Below are positions 16,853 through 26,534 of a stretch of 64,000 nucleotides of DNA, one piece after another. The stretch is from Polyangia bacterium (GTDB taxonomy: Bacteria; Myxococcota_A; Polyangia; JAAYKL01), in NCBI GenBank assembly GCA_046484285.1, contig JAWOBP010000186.1:10178-74177 (forward strand), written 5' to 3'. The number at the start of each line of letters is the position of its first letter. Position 1 is the stretch's first letter. The translations under genes were made by a program, and so were the position numbers. The notes under the pieces were generated by a model. It saw nothing but the letters and a program-made list of their open reading frames with translations. It did not search any database and was not told where the DNA came from.

Positions 16853-19800
16853 TCACTCGGTGCGGCGCTCCTGCCTGCGGTCGCCCTCGAAGCGGCTCAC
16901 GTTGTGGGCGAAGATCTCCATGCGCGCCATCACGTTGGGCGGGTAGGGCTGCCCGTCGTTCTCCAGCGCGATCACCGGGTAGCCGTGGCGTCGCGCCCAG
17001 GGCGCGTAGACCCCTTCCACGAGGCGCCCGGGCAGGCAGGCGAACGGGGCGATGATCGCGATCCCCGAGTAGCCGTCCTGCATCGCGGTCGCGGCCACTC
17101 CCGACGAGACCGAGGCCTCGCTCTCCAGCTCGGGGTCGATGAAGTAGCGCTCCGTGTTGCCGACGATTTCGTCCATGTCGTGGGGCACCGGCGGGATCAA
17201 CCCGGTGGGCAGCAGGTGCCGCGCGACCTTGTGCTCGACCATGCCCTTGTAGAAGCTCTCGACGTGGTGCCAGGCCCGATCGCGCAGCGCCGCGGGGCGC
17301 AGCGATCCGAACCGGCCGTTTCGCTGCCGCTCCTGCCGCAGGCGGTGCCTGCGCGAGTGGTCGGTGTAGGAGACCCACTCGGTGATTCCGGTTACCTTGG
17401 GAAGGATCCCCTTGGAAACCAGAAAGTCGGTGATCTCGGCGACCGAGAAGGTGTCCCGGCGGACGTAGATCTCGCCGACGACCAGCACGCGCGGCAGATC
17501 CTGGATATCGCGCTTGCGCGGCACGGCGGACAGCTCGCGCCCCGCCGCCGCGACCGCCGCCTCCACGTCGCCGCCCTCTCTCGTGGCGTCGACGATTCTG
17601 CGCCAGCAGCGATCGAAGACCCGCATCGCGCTTTGCTCGTCGCGCGCGACCAGGCGCAGCGCTGTTCGCACGTCGGTGAAGTAATCACCCAGCACCAGCG
17701 CCCACCAGATTTCGCGGCTGAAGCTCGGGCCCATCTCCCGGTAGGAGTTGGACGAGTCGGCGACCAGGATCCGCACGTTCTCCCAGCCGAGCTCGGCGAA
17801 GAGGTTCTCGTAGAAGACGTGGTACTGCCCGGTGCGGCACGGGCCGAGCGTCGAGGGCACGAAGAACAGCAGGATCTCGTCGGGCCGGTTGGGCGGATGC
17901 TTCTGCATGTACTGCAGGATCAGCCCCAGCACCAGCAGCGCCGGGATGCACTCCTTGCCCGAGGCCACGTTGCGCGCCAGCTGCGTGGTCTGGACGTCGG
18001 GGACGGGGAGGTGGTGCGAGTTGACGCCGGCCTTGCGGGCCGCCGCCGAGGTCATCTCGGTGGAGAGGTCGCCCATCGAGGGCCAGATCAGCTTGACCCG
18101 CGGATCGCGGATGTCGATCCGCTCTCCGGTCAGCCGGTCGACGACGTCCAGGTACTCCTCCTTCGGCTCCAGCTCGTAGCGGCGCGGCGGACGCGGCGCG
18201 GGCTCGCTCAGCCCGGCCCGGCGGTAGCTCTCCACGATGTCGAGGAACGCCTCGATCCGCGTATCGATTCCGGCGTCGGCGGTGTGGGAGTCGATCTCGA
18301 GCACGAGGTACGGCTTCTGCCCCATCATCCAGCGCAGGTAGTGGATCATGAACGAGTCGGGCGCGCAGGAGAAGTTGGTCATCCAGGTGACGTACAGGTT
18401 GGGGATCTCCCGCGCGCGGCTCACGGCCTTCATGTCCTGCTGGCCGTAGTACCAGTACATGTTGGGGAAGACCCGGCTGTCGGGGCGGTAGAGCATGTCG
18501 AACGGCACCACCGTCACCTCCCGGGTGACCAGCTTGCGCGGAATCCCCATGTTGGCGTCGCCGGTGAAGGCGTTGTACGGCCGGCCGAGCAGCGCCACGA
18601 AGATCCGATCCGGCTGCGAGACGATCTCCTCCACCACACGCTCTCCGAGCTCGCGATACTCGCGCTGGAAACGGCGCTGCTCGTCGAGGCCGCGCTCGAA
18701 CGCGGCGGCTCCCTCGGCGCGGGTGAAGCCGAGCCGCTGGGCGACCTTCTCGAACTGCTCGCGGGTCACCTGCACGCCGCTCTTGAACGAGATCATCGGT
18801 CTGAGCACGCGCGAGTCGTCCAGATCGAAGGCCTGCCGTGCGAAGAAGGGCAGACCCTGGGTCAGCGGACAGGCGCAGGCGTGCACCGGCTGGCGCTCGG
18901 TGGAGGGCATGTCGCGGAAGAACGGCAGGAACAAAAAGTCGGGATCGCGATCGAGCGAGTCCTGGATCGCGCCGTGGGCGATCTCGGCGGGGAAGCAGTA
19001 GTTGCTCTCCAGCTTGGCCAGCCCCTTGGACGAGATATCTCGCGAGGGCGCGATCTCGACGCCCAGCGTGTGGAAGAACCAGGAGTAGAGCGGCCACAGC
19101 GAGTGCACCGAAAAGGCCATCGGCACGCCGACCACGGCCTCGCTGCGCTTGACCAGCGCCGCGGGATCGGGAGCGAAGCGCTCGAAGAGCATCTCGGAGC
19201 GGATCCGGGTGTAGTCCGCGATCTCGCCACCGCCTTGGTCGCGGTTCTTCTTGCGCCGCACGCCGGTGAAGCGGGAGCAGCGCCCGCCGAACGGGTAGCG
19301 CCGCCCGTCGATCTCCAGTCGGCGGATCTCGCAGCGGTTGTCGCACGCCTTGCAGGTGAACGTGCCGCAAGAAACGATTTCACGGTCGATGATCCCGGCC
19401 AGATCGAGCTCGCCGCGCTCCAGCAGTCCCTCGCGGTGCTTGGCGGCCGCCAGCAGGGCCACGCCAAAGCATCCCATCAGCTCCGGATCGGGCGGAACGA
19501 TCACGCGCTTGCCCGTCAGCCTGGCGAAGGCGAGCGGCACGGCGCGGTTCTTGGCCACGCCGCCTTGCAGCACCACCCGCTCGCCGACGAAGCGGTTGCC
19601 CACCACGCGGTTGAGGTAATTGGAAACGATCGAGCAGACCAGGCCGGCGGCGATGTCTTCGCGCGTGGCGCCCTGTTGGATCGCCTTGCGGATGTCGGAG
19701 TTGATGAACGCCGAGCAGTGCTCGCCGAACTTGAGGGGCGCCGCGGCCCGGATCGCGACGGGCGCGATCTTTGCCGCGTCGTCGATGTTCAAATCTCCCT

Positions 19801-21124
19801 GGGCCGACTCCTCGAGAAAGGAGCCCGTGCCGGCCGAGCAGGCCTCGTTCATCGCATAGTCGATCGGGACGGAGTTGTTCAGATGGACGTACTTGGCGTC
19901 CTGGCCGCCGATCTCGAAGATCGTCTCCGCGTCCTGCTCGAAGTAGGTGGTGCCGACCGTGTGCGCGATGATCTCGTTGTAGACTCCGGCGGTCTCGAGA
20001 AACACGCCGAGCAGCTCGCGCGAGGAACCGGTGGTCGCGGCCAGCGAGATGCGCGGGCGTGCGCCGCCGATCCGCTCCAGCACGCGGCTCAGACACAGCT
20101 TGAGCGCCCGCACCGGGTTGCCGTGCGTGCGGCCGTAGTGCTCGGCCACGATCTCGCAGGTCTCGGCGTTGACCAGCGCGGCCTTGGTCGTGGTCGATCC
20201 GCCGTCGACACCCAGGATGTACTCGGCGTCGGGGTCGAACTCTCCCCGCATCGACGGCAGGTACTGCACGCGGCCGCGCATCTCGTCGAGCGGCGGATAG
20301 GTGGAGAACGAGAGGCTGTTCTCGCCGCGGACGAGGCGGTCCGCAGCCGGGAGGGGAGCACCCTTCTCGGCCGCGATCAGCGCCGCGCCCCAGGCTTCGA
20401 AGTAGGGGCTCTGCCCGGCGACGACGAACTCTATCGACGGCCACTGCCGCCGCAGGAACTCGACCATGTGGCGGTTGCGCGTCACCCCGCCGATCAGGAC
20501 CACGCGGCCCGAGTCCACCCGACCCTTGACCAGGAACTCGGAGACCTTGTCCGCCATCAGCTTGCTCAGCGACAGCGCGATGTCGCCCACCGTGCACTCG
20601 CCCTTGTTCAGGCGGTGCGTGCAGTCGGATTTCATGAACACCGAGCAGCGGGCGGAGATCCTGTGCACCTCGGCGTCGCGCACCACCTCGTCCAACTGCT
20701 CGAGTCGCAGGTCCATGCGGCCCAGCTGTTGGCGGAAGAACTCGCCAGTGCCCGAGGCGCATTTGTTGCCCGAGTAGGTGCTGGCGATCCGGCCCCGTCC
20801 GTCCAGCACGTGGACGACCAGGTCCTCGCCGCCCATCGAGACCACGGCTCGCGGCGAGATTCCCAAAGCGTCCAGCCCGCGCTCAGCGGCCACGGGGGCG
20901 ATCACCTCGGGCAGATCGAGGCGGAATCTTCCCTCGGTTCCGGTCACCACGGCTCGCGGCGGCGAGCCCGGATCGATCTCCAGCCCTTCGAGGGTGCGTC
21001 TCAACGTCCCGGGCACGTCGCCGTCGTGCGCCTCGACCCGGTGTGCGATCTCGGTTGCTCCCTCGAGCAGACAGGCCTTGACCGTGGTCGATCCGATGTC
21101 AATTCCCAGCGTCCCGTCAGTCAT
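16853..21124 (-). CDS. large fused CoA-substrate-specific enzyme activase (two BadF/BadG/BcrA/BcrD ATPase modules) plus 2-hydroxyacyl-CoA-dehydratase-like (HgdAB/DUF2229) domain
   Basis: 1423 aa; two acetate/sugar-kinase-fold modules (GIDIGSTTVKA, GVDGGSTTTKAAL) each with downstream Cys cluster, followed by large C-terminal Cys-rich domain; convergent with symporter (8-nt gap). Confidence 0.8.
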   Translation of the reverse strand: MTDGTLGIDIGSTTVKACLLEGATEIAHRVEAHDGDVPGTLRRTLEGLEIDPGSPPRAVVTGTEGRFRLDLPEVIAPVAAERGLDALGISPRAVVSMGGEDLVVHVLDGRGRIASTYSGNKCASGTGEFFRQQLGRMDLRLEQLDEVVRDAEVHRISARCSVFMKSDCTHRLNKGECTVGDIALSLSKLMADKVSEFLVKGRVDSGRVVLIGGVTRNRHMVEFLRRQWPSIEFVVAGQSPYFEAWGAALIAAEKGAPLPAADRLVRGENSLSFSTYPPLDEMRGRVQYLPSMRGEFDPDAEYILGVDGGSTTTKAALVNAETCEIVAEHYGRTHGNPVRALKLCLSRVLERIGGARPRISLAATTGSSRELLGVFLETAGVYNEIIAHTVGTTYFEQDAETIFEIGGQDAKYVHLNNSVPIDYAMNEACSAGTGSFLEESAQGDLNIDDAAKIAPVAIRAAAPLKFGEHCSAFINSDIRKAIQQGATREDIAAGLVCSIVSNYLNRVVGNRFVGERVVLQGGVAKNRAVPLAFARLTGKRVIVPPDPELMGCFGVALLAAAKHREGLLERGELDLAGIIDREIVSCGTFTCKACDNRCEIRRLEIDGRRYPFGGRCSRFTGVRRKKNRDQGGGEIADYTRIRSEMLFERFAPDPAALVKRSEAVVGVPMAFSVHSLWPLYSWFFHTLGVEIAPSRDISSKGLAKLESNYCFPAEIAHGAIQDSLDRDPDFLFLPFFRDMPSTERQPVHACACPLTQGLPFFARQAFDLDDSRVLRPMISFKSGVQVTREQFEKVAQRLGFTRAEGAAAFERGLDEQRRFQREYRELGERVVEEIVSQPDRIFVALLGRPYNAFTGDANMGIPRKLVTREVTVVPFDMLYRPDSRVFPNMYWYYGQQDMKAVSRAREIPNLYVTWMTNFSCAPDSFMIHYLRWMMGQKPYLVLEIDSHTADAGIDTRIEAFLDIVESYRRAGLSEPAPRPPRRYELEPKEEYLDVVDRLTGERIDIRDPRVKLIWPSMGDLSTEMTSAAARKAGVNSHHLPVPDVQTTQLARNVASGKECIPALLVLGLILQYMQKHPPNRPDEILLFFVPSTLGPCRTGQYHVFYENLFAELGWENVRILVADSSNSYREMGPSFSREIWWALVLGDYFTDVRTALRLVARDEQSAMRVFDRCWRRIVDATREGGDVEAAVAAAGRELSAVPRKRDIQDLPRVLVVGEIYVRRDTFSVAEITDFLVSKGILPKVTGITEWVSYTDHSRRHRLRQERQRNGRFGSLRPAALRDRAWHHVESFYKGMVEHKVARHLLPTGLIPPVPHDMDEIVGNTERYFIDPELESEASVSSGVAATAMQDGYSGIAIIAPFACLPGRLVEGVYAPWARRHGYPVIALENDGQPYPPNVMARMEIFAHNVSRFEGDRRQERRTE

Positions 21125-21244
21125 CTTCTTCGCAGCTCGCAGGTCTGCCGGCTCGTATCCGGATTCGGAGAGCCCCGGGCTCGATTCGGCTGTTTTCTAA
21201 CTCCGGGCGGAGAGGGGAGCAACGTTTTTGTTGCCGGGTCTCGT

Positions 21245-22498
21245 TCACTCCTCCGGCGGAAGGTTCTCCATCTCGCCGCGGGCCCGCGCGTTCCACTGCG
21301 GGTACTCGGCCAGCAGCTCGAGCGTTTCCCTGGCCCGATCGATCCTGCCCAGTCGCCGGTAGCAGCTCGCCGCCTCCCACAGAACCCGCGGGCGCTTCGA
21401 GTAGCCGGGGTGCTCGTCGAGCAGCTTCTCGTAGCGGCCCACCGCCTCGCCGCAGCGTCCGCTCCGGCGCTGGCAGCCGGCGATGTGGTGCAGCGCGGCG
21501 GCGACCCGATGTGGTGCGGCGCCCGGCGTGGAGAGCACGCGCTCCAAAAGGCGCGTGGCGGTTTCACAGTCTCCGCGATCGTAGGCCGAGATGCCTCGCG
21601 AGAAGAAAGAGGCGGCACCGTCTCCGACCATTCCCAAAGAACCGGCGCCCGGCGCTGCCTGCCGCTCGGCCCGGGCCGGGCCCGATGCGGCCGAGCCCGA
21701 AAGATCGTCGCTCTCCTCGAGGGCGTCGTCGAGAGCGGCCGCGGCGGATTTCTTCGATTCGAGAGCCTGCTCAGACTCGCGGCGCCTGGAGTCGGCCGCG
21801 GCGGTTTCGTCGACGGTTTGCGAGGCGGGACCGCTCGTGCCGATCCCGCTTCCGGGGCGTTCCATTCCGCCTTTCGCGCGACCGCCGCCGCCGCGACCCG
21901 TGCCCAGCGGTGCCGCCGGCGCCGGCTCGCTCTCCGCCGTTCGGACCGGTCGGCCAGCCTCTCGTCTCTCTTCGGCCTCGCCGTCCGGCCTCTCCGCCGT
22001 CGAGCGCGCCACCGGCACCGCCGGGCCGCGGAACGGAGCGCCCGAGCTCTCAACCTGCTCGAGGTCCGGCGGCGCGGACGACTGTCGAAAGACGGCGAAG
22101 GTGACGGCGAACACCACGGCCGCCACACCCGCCGTGACCAGCGCCGGCCGCAGCAGCACTCCCGCGATCCGCTCCAGCAGCCCCGCTCGCCTTTCCGGGG
22201 CGTGCGCGAGCTCTCCGATCGAGTCCGAGCTCGAGCGGATCTCTTCGGATGATTCGCGCTGCCTGTCCGCCGTCCGGGCGGCCAGCTCCAGGATCCGCTC
22301 GTCTCCGCTCGGGTCGTAGTCGGGGCGGGGCAGCTGGGCCGCCAGCTTGCGCGTCAGCAGTATCTCCTCGAGCGACGACCGGCAGGCCTCGCAGTCCGCC
22401 GCGTGGCGGCGAAGCCGATCGGCCTCGGCGTCGTCGAGCTCGCCGTACGCCAGCTCGAGCAGCTGGTCAGAAAACCGTTCGCAGTCGTCGGCGCTCAT
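21245..22498 (-). CDS. anti-sigma factor: zinc-finger (HxxxCxxC) N-domain, one TM helix, periplasmic TPR-containing domain
   Basis: MSADDCERFSDQLLELAYGELDDAEADRLRRHAADCEACRSSL; TM LVTAGVAAVVFAVTFAVF; ATGA overlap with sigma gene stop. Confidence 0.65.
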   Translation of the reverse strand: MSADDCERFSDQLLELAYGELDDAEADRLRRHAADCEACRSSLEEILLTRKLAAQLPRPDYDPSGDERILELAARTADRQRESSEEIRSSSDSIGELAHAPERRAGLLERIAGVLLRPALVTAGVAAVVFAVTFAVFRQSSAPPDLEQVESSGAPFRGPAVPVARSTAERPDGEAEERREAGRPVRTAESEPAPAAPLGTGRGGGGRAKGGMERPGSGIGTSGPASQTVDETAAADSRRRESEQALESKKSAAAALDDALEESDDLSGSAASGPARAERQAAPGAGSLGMVGDGAASFFSRGISAYDRGDCETATRLLERVLSTPGAAPHRVAAALHHIAGCQRRSGRCGEAVGRYEKLLDEHPGYSKRPRVLWEAASCYRRLGRIDRARETLELLAEYPQWNARARGEMENLPPEE

Positions 22499-23121
22499 GG
22501 CAGCGTCCTCGCGTAGCTCTCGTAGTCCTCGAGGCTTCTTCTCAGAGAAGCCAGCGCGTAGCGCATCCGGCTCTTGACGGTCCCCACCTTGGAGTCGACC
22601 ACCGACGCGATCTGTTCGAACGTGAGCCCGTGGTACTCGCGCATCAGGAAGACCTCGCGCTGATCCTCGGGCAGCCGATCGATGCCCTCGACGATCGCCT
22701 CGCGCAGCCTGCCCGCCGCGGCCGACCTGTCCGGCCCCGGATTTCCGCCGGCCAGCCGCTCGCCCAGCGCCGGGCCGTCCTCGCGAGGTCGTTCCTCCAG
22801 CGAGCGGTGCCTGCGGTGCCTCGCGCGCCGGGCGGCGTCGATCGCGGCGTTGCGGGCGATCGCGTAGATCCAGGTCGAGAAACGCGAGCGATGATCGAAC
22901 GTGACGGCCTTGCCGATCACCTTGGCGAAGGTGTCCTGGCGCAGGTCCGCGGCCAGGTCGCGGTTGCCGCACTGAAGCACGAGGAAGGAGAATATCGGCC
23001 CTTTGTACCTCTCGAACAGGGTCTCGAATGCACGAGCGTCGCCGGCCTGGAAGCGCGTCATCAGCTCCTCGTCTGTGTATCGCGGCTCGTTCATCCGGGG
23101 CGTCACCATCCGCCGCGACAC
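22495..23121 (-). CDS. ECF-subfamily RNA polymerase sigma factor
   Basis: 208 aa; region 2 (FETLFERYKGPIFSFL...DLRQDTFAKV) and region 4 (LPEDQREVFLMREYHGLTFEQIASVVDSKVGTVKSRMRYA). Confidence 0.85.
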   Translation of the reverse strand: MSRRMVTPRMNEPRYTDEELMTRFQAGDARAFETLFERYKGPIFSFLVLQCGNRDLAADLRQDTFAKVIGKAVTFDHRSRFSTWIYAIARNAAIDAARRARHRRHRSLEERPREDGPALGERLAGGNPGPDRSAAAGRLREAIVEGIDRLPEDQREVFLMREYHGLTFEQIASVVDSKVGTVKSRMRYALASLRRSLEDYESYARTLP

Positions 23122-23378
23122 GCTCCGCGCTCACGGCCGGGTCCGATTCGCCCGGCCACGGAGCTGAGACGCACGGCGAGCAGCAAGGATCTCTCAGGCC
23201 GTTGCGATTTCGAGATTATCATTGGCGGTCGAAGTGTAAAGAGGTCACCCGACCAATATCGAGCATGATCTAGTTTGGTTTGACAGCCTTTTGAATATGG
23301 ATATAAGGTGGTTCGGCCGTGAGACAGAATTCCTTTTTCAGGGGGAGCAATCCACTGTCAATCGAGGAAGGATTGACC

Positions 23379-24206
23379 ATGAATCGACCGAAACTCTGGG
23401 CATTGTTCTCGTGTGTCGCCGTGGCTCTTCCCGGGGCGCTGCTGGCCCAGGACGCGGCTCAGCCCGACGAGGGCGAGGTCGGGGCTCAGGCCGGCGCCGA
23501 GAGCGGAGAGGCCGCCGGCGGCGAGGAAGCCGGTGACGAGGCCGCGGCGGGAGAGTCCGGCCAGGAGGCCGCCGGCCAGGAGGCCGCGGCCGAGCAGCCG
23601 GCGGCGGGCGCGGGAGAGCCCGGAATGGACAAGGGAACCTACACCGTGAGGCTGCGCGATCTGGAGGATCGCATCAACCGTCTCAAGGAGCAGATCTTCC
23701 GCTCCAAGGCCCGTCTCAGCCTGCTGGCGGAGACGGTGCTCGACCGCAAGATCGCCGGGGCCAAGGCCGCGATCTCTTTCCGCAACGAGATGGGGGGATC
23801 GTTCCGCTTGACCAAGGCGACCTTCCTGCTCGACGGAGGGCCGATCTTCAACAAGAGCGACGAGGCAGGGAGCCTGTCCGATCGCGAAGTGATCGATCTT
23901 TTCGACGGGCCGGTGATGCCGGGCGACCACACCTTGAGCGTGGTGCTTCACTATCGGGGTCACGGCTACGGGATCTTCTCCTACTTGAAAGGCTATTCGT
24001 TCAAGGTCCGCTCCAGCCGCACCTTCACGGTCGGCGAGGGCAAGGCGGTCGAGGTCGAGGTCGTCGGCTTCGAGAAGGGCGGGGTCACGACACCCCTGGA
24101 GGAGCGCCCGGCCGTTCGGTATGTCGAGGACGTGGGTGAATACGAGGGCAAGGCCGCCGCCGAGAAGGGCGAGCCGATCGCCGAGGGAGCCGGAGAGGGT
24201 CTGTGA
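23379..24206 (+). CDS. secreted protein with acidic low-complexity N-terminal region; first gene of Agl/Glt-like cluster
   Basis: Signal peptide MNRPKLWALFSCVAVALPGALLAQ; GAGGAAGG RBS; stop overlaps next gene start (GTGA). Confidence 0.5.
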   Translation: MNRPKLWALFSCVAVALPGALLAQDAAQPDEGEVGAQAGAESGEAAGGEEAGDEAAAGESGQEAAGQEAAAEQPAAGAGEPGMDKGTYTVRLRDLEDRINRLKEQIFRSKARLSLLAETVLDRKIAGAKAAISFRNEMGGSFRLTKATFLLDGGPIFNKSDEAGSLSDREVIDLFDGPVMPGDHTLSVVLHYRGHGYGIFSYLKGYSFKVRSSRTFTVGEGKAVEVEVVGFEKGGVTTPLEERPAVRYVEDVGEYEGKAAAEKGEPIAEGAGEGL

Positions 24207-26485
24207 TTTTGCGATTCGCTGTCCACCACGGCGCGACGGCCGCGCTGGCGCTGGCGCTGGTGATTTCCGTCTCGAGTGCGGGCGCGGACGAGATCCGCGA
24301 CGTTCGGATCGAGGCGGAGGACATTCGCGACAGAGCGGCGACGTTGTCCACTCAGTTCTTGGGCCATGATGGTTTCCGCGGCGAGAACTACGCCGAAGAG
24401 CGCCTGATCGACGGCGAGAATTTCTACCGCATGAAGGACTACCAGCGGGCCGCGATCATCTTCATGGACATCATCGAATCCTATTCCGACAGCCCGGCCT
24501 ATCCGGACGCCCTGTTCTATTTCGCCGACGCCCTGTTCCTTTCTCGAGATTATTACGGTGCGCGCGAGTGGTTCCGCCACGTGCTCGACGAGTCCCACAA
24601 ACCGGGGATGGCGCGGTTCCGCACGCAAGCAATCGAGCGCCTGATCGAAATAGCGATTCACCTCGACGAATTCGAGGGGGTCGAGGCCTATTTCGACCAG
24701 CTCGGGCAGACGCCCGGTCCGGAGGCCCGCTACATCAAGGGCAAGTACCTGTACTTCCGCGAGGACCACGAGGCCGCGCTTCGCGAGTTCGGCGGCGTCA
24801 GCGGCGACAAGACCCTGGAGCTCAAGGCGGCCTACTTCACCGGCGTGATCCACACCGAGGCGGAGCGCTACGACCGGGCGATCGCCATCTTCTCCGAAGC
24901 AGCCGAGCGGCAGCCGGAGTCTCCCGAGGACCAGGAGGTGATCGACCTGCTGAATCTCGCCTTGGGGCGCCTCTACTACGAGAAGGATTTCGTGGAGAAC
25001 GCGTCGGCGGCCTACCAGCGCATCGGCCAGAGGTCGAAGTACTTCGACGCCGCGCTGTACGAGGCCGCTTCGGTTCTGATCAGGGCCGGCGACACGATCC
25101 GGGCCGAGCGCACGCTGGAGGTGCTCACGCTGGCGATGCCCGACAGCCAGTACATTCCCAAGGCCAAGCTGCTGCGCGGCAACCTGTTGCTCCGCTCCGG
25201 TCGCTACGACGATGCCGAGGAGGTGTTCGAGGAAACGATCGGGGAGTTCACGCCGGTCAAGGAGAAGCTCGAAGAGCTGATGGTCGAGCAGCAGGACATG
25301 CGCAAGTTCTTCTCCGGTCTGATCGAACGCAGCATGACCACGCTCGACGTGTCGGGCATGCTGCCCTCCCTGGTGGTCAAGTGGGTCACCGAGGAGAACG
25401 AGGTGCAGCGCGCTCTGGAGCTGACCTCCGATCTCGGCGTGGCCCGCGAGTACGCCAGGGAGACCGAGCGGCTGGTGCGGCTGCTGGAGGCCGTGATCGA
25501 CGGGCCGAGCCGGATCAACGCGATTCCCAACCTGCGCTCCGCGACGCGCAAGTCGCAGCAGATGAGCAACCAGCTCAGCCAGCTGCGCGGGCGCCTGCTG
25601 TCGGTCGAGCAGCGCAAGCTGGGCGGCTCGGATCCCAGGCTCGAGGAGCTGCGTCGCGAGCGAAAGCAGCTGCAGGACGACCTGGATCGGCTGCCCACCA
25701 GCGGAAACGAATTCGACAAGCGCGAGGAGAAATCTCGTTCGGTCCACAGGCGCATGCGCCACGAGCTGGCGCGCAACGAGATTCGACTCGACAAGCTGCA
25801 GGCGATGATCGTGGCGCTCGAGCGCTTCGTCGAGGATCCGCGCTACACCGAGGGGGCCTCGAAGGATAGCCTCGACGCTCTGCGCTCCGAGCTGCTGCGG
25901 CACCGCCGCGGCGTCGAGGAGATGCGCGAGAAGGTCGGCTCGATTCGCGAGAGCGTGGAACGGGCCAGGTATCGGGTCGGTGTCGGAGACAGCGCCGACG
26001 AGCGGGACCGGAAGCTGCGCGAGCGTATTCGCGAGCTGAGCCGCCGCGAGCGGGAGCTGTTGCGCGGACGCGGGGGCGAGACCGGCAGGCGGCTCGACGG
26101 CGCCTACGCAGTGATCGACCAGGCCGAACAGCAGCTGTCCGCCTTTCAGCGCAAGGTGCGGGCCGAGGCGGATCGGCGCATCGAGGAGATGCGCGCCCAG
26201 GTCAAGAGGGAAAAGGATCGATTGAAAAGATATCGTTCCGAGATCCAGGCGCTCAACGACGAGGCCGAACAGGTCGTGGGCGGGGTGACCTACGAGAACT
26301 TTTCGAGCGTTCGCAAGAGGTTCCACGATCTGCTCCTCAAGGCAGACGTCGGTATCATCGACGTGGCGTGGATGCGCAAGGAGGAGCACTCCGATCGCAT
26401 CAGCGAGCTGACCAAGGCACGCCTGTCCGAGATCAAGAGGTTGGACGAGGAATTCCAGGAAGTGCGCGACAAAGAAAAGGAATGA
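24203..26485 (+). CDS. TPR-repeat protein with long C-terminal coiled-coil
   Basis: 760 aa; signal-like N-terminus; multiple 34-aa TPR-like repeats (AYFTGVIHTEAERYDRAIAIF, LGRLYYEKDF...) then approx 350 aa of heptad-rich sequence. Confidence 0.65.
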   Translation: MILRFAVHHGATAALALALVISVSSAGADEIRDVRIEAEDIRDRAATLSTQFLGHDGFRGENYAEERLIDGENFYRMKDYQRAAIIFMDIIESYSDSPAYPDALFYFADALFLSRDYYGAREWFRHVLDESHKPGMARFRTQAIERLIEIAIHLDEFEGVEAYFDQLGQTPGPEARYIKGKYLYFREDHEAALREFGGVSGDKTLELKAAYFTGVIHTEAERYDRAIAIFSEAAERQPESPEDQEVIDLLNLALGRLYYEKDFVENASAAYQRIGQRSKYFDAALYEAASVLIRAGDTIRAERTLEVLTLAMPDSQYIPKAKLLRGNLLLRSGRYDDAEEVFEETIGEFTPVKEKLEELMVEQQDMRKFFSGLIERSMTTLDVSGMLPSLVVKWVTEENEVQRALELTSDLGVAREYARETERLVRLLEAVIDGPSRINAIPNLRSATRKSQQMSNQLSQLRGRLLSVEQRKLGGSDPRLEELRRERKQLQDDLDRLPTSGNEFDKREEKSRSVHRRMRHELARNEIRLDKLQAMIVALERFVEDPRYTEGASKDSLDALRSELLRHRRGVEEMREKVGSIRESVERARYRVGVGDSADERDRKLRERIRELSRRERELLRGRGGETGRRLDGAYAVIDQAEQQLSAFQRKVRAEADRRIEEMRAQVKREKDRLKRYRSEIQALNDEAEQVVGGVTYENFSSVRKRFHDLLLKADVGIIDVAWMRKEEHSDRISELTKARLSEIKRLDEEFQEVRDKEKE

Positions 26486-26534
26486 GCCCCGTGTCGGCTT
26501 ACGGGGAGATGCTACGGTCGAGCGACTGGAAGAG

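Noticed and set aside
23122-23378. ECF-sigma-type autoregulated promoter (GGAAC...CGTC) in the sigma / Glt-like divergent region
   Set aside because: No clear -35 AAC / -10 CGT pair with 16-17 nt spacing could be read with confidence.
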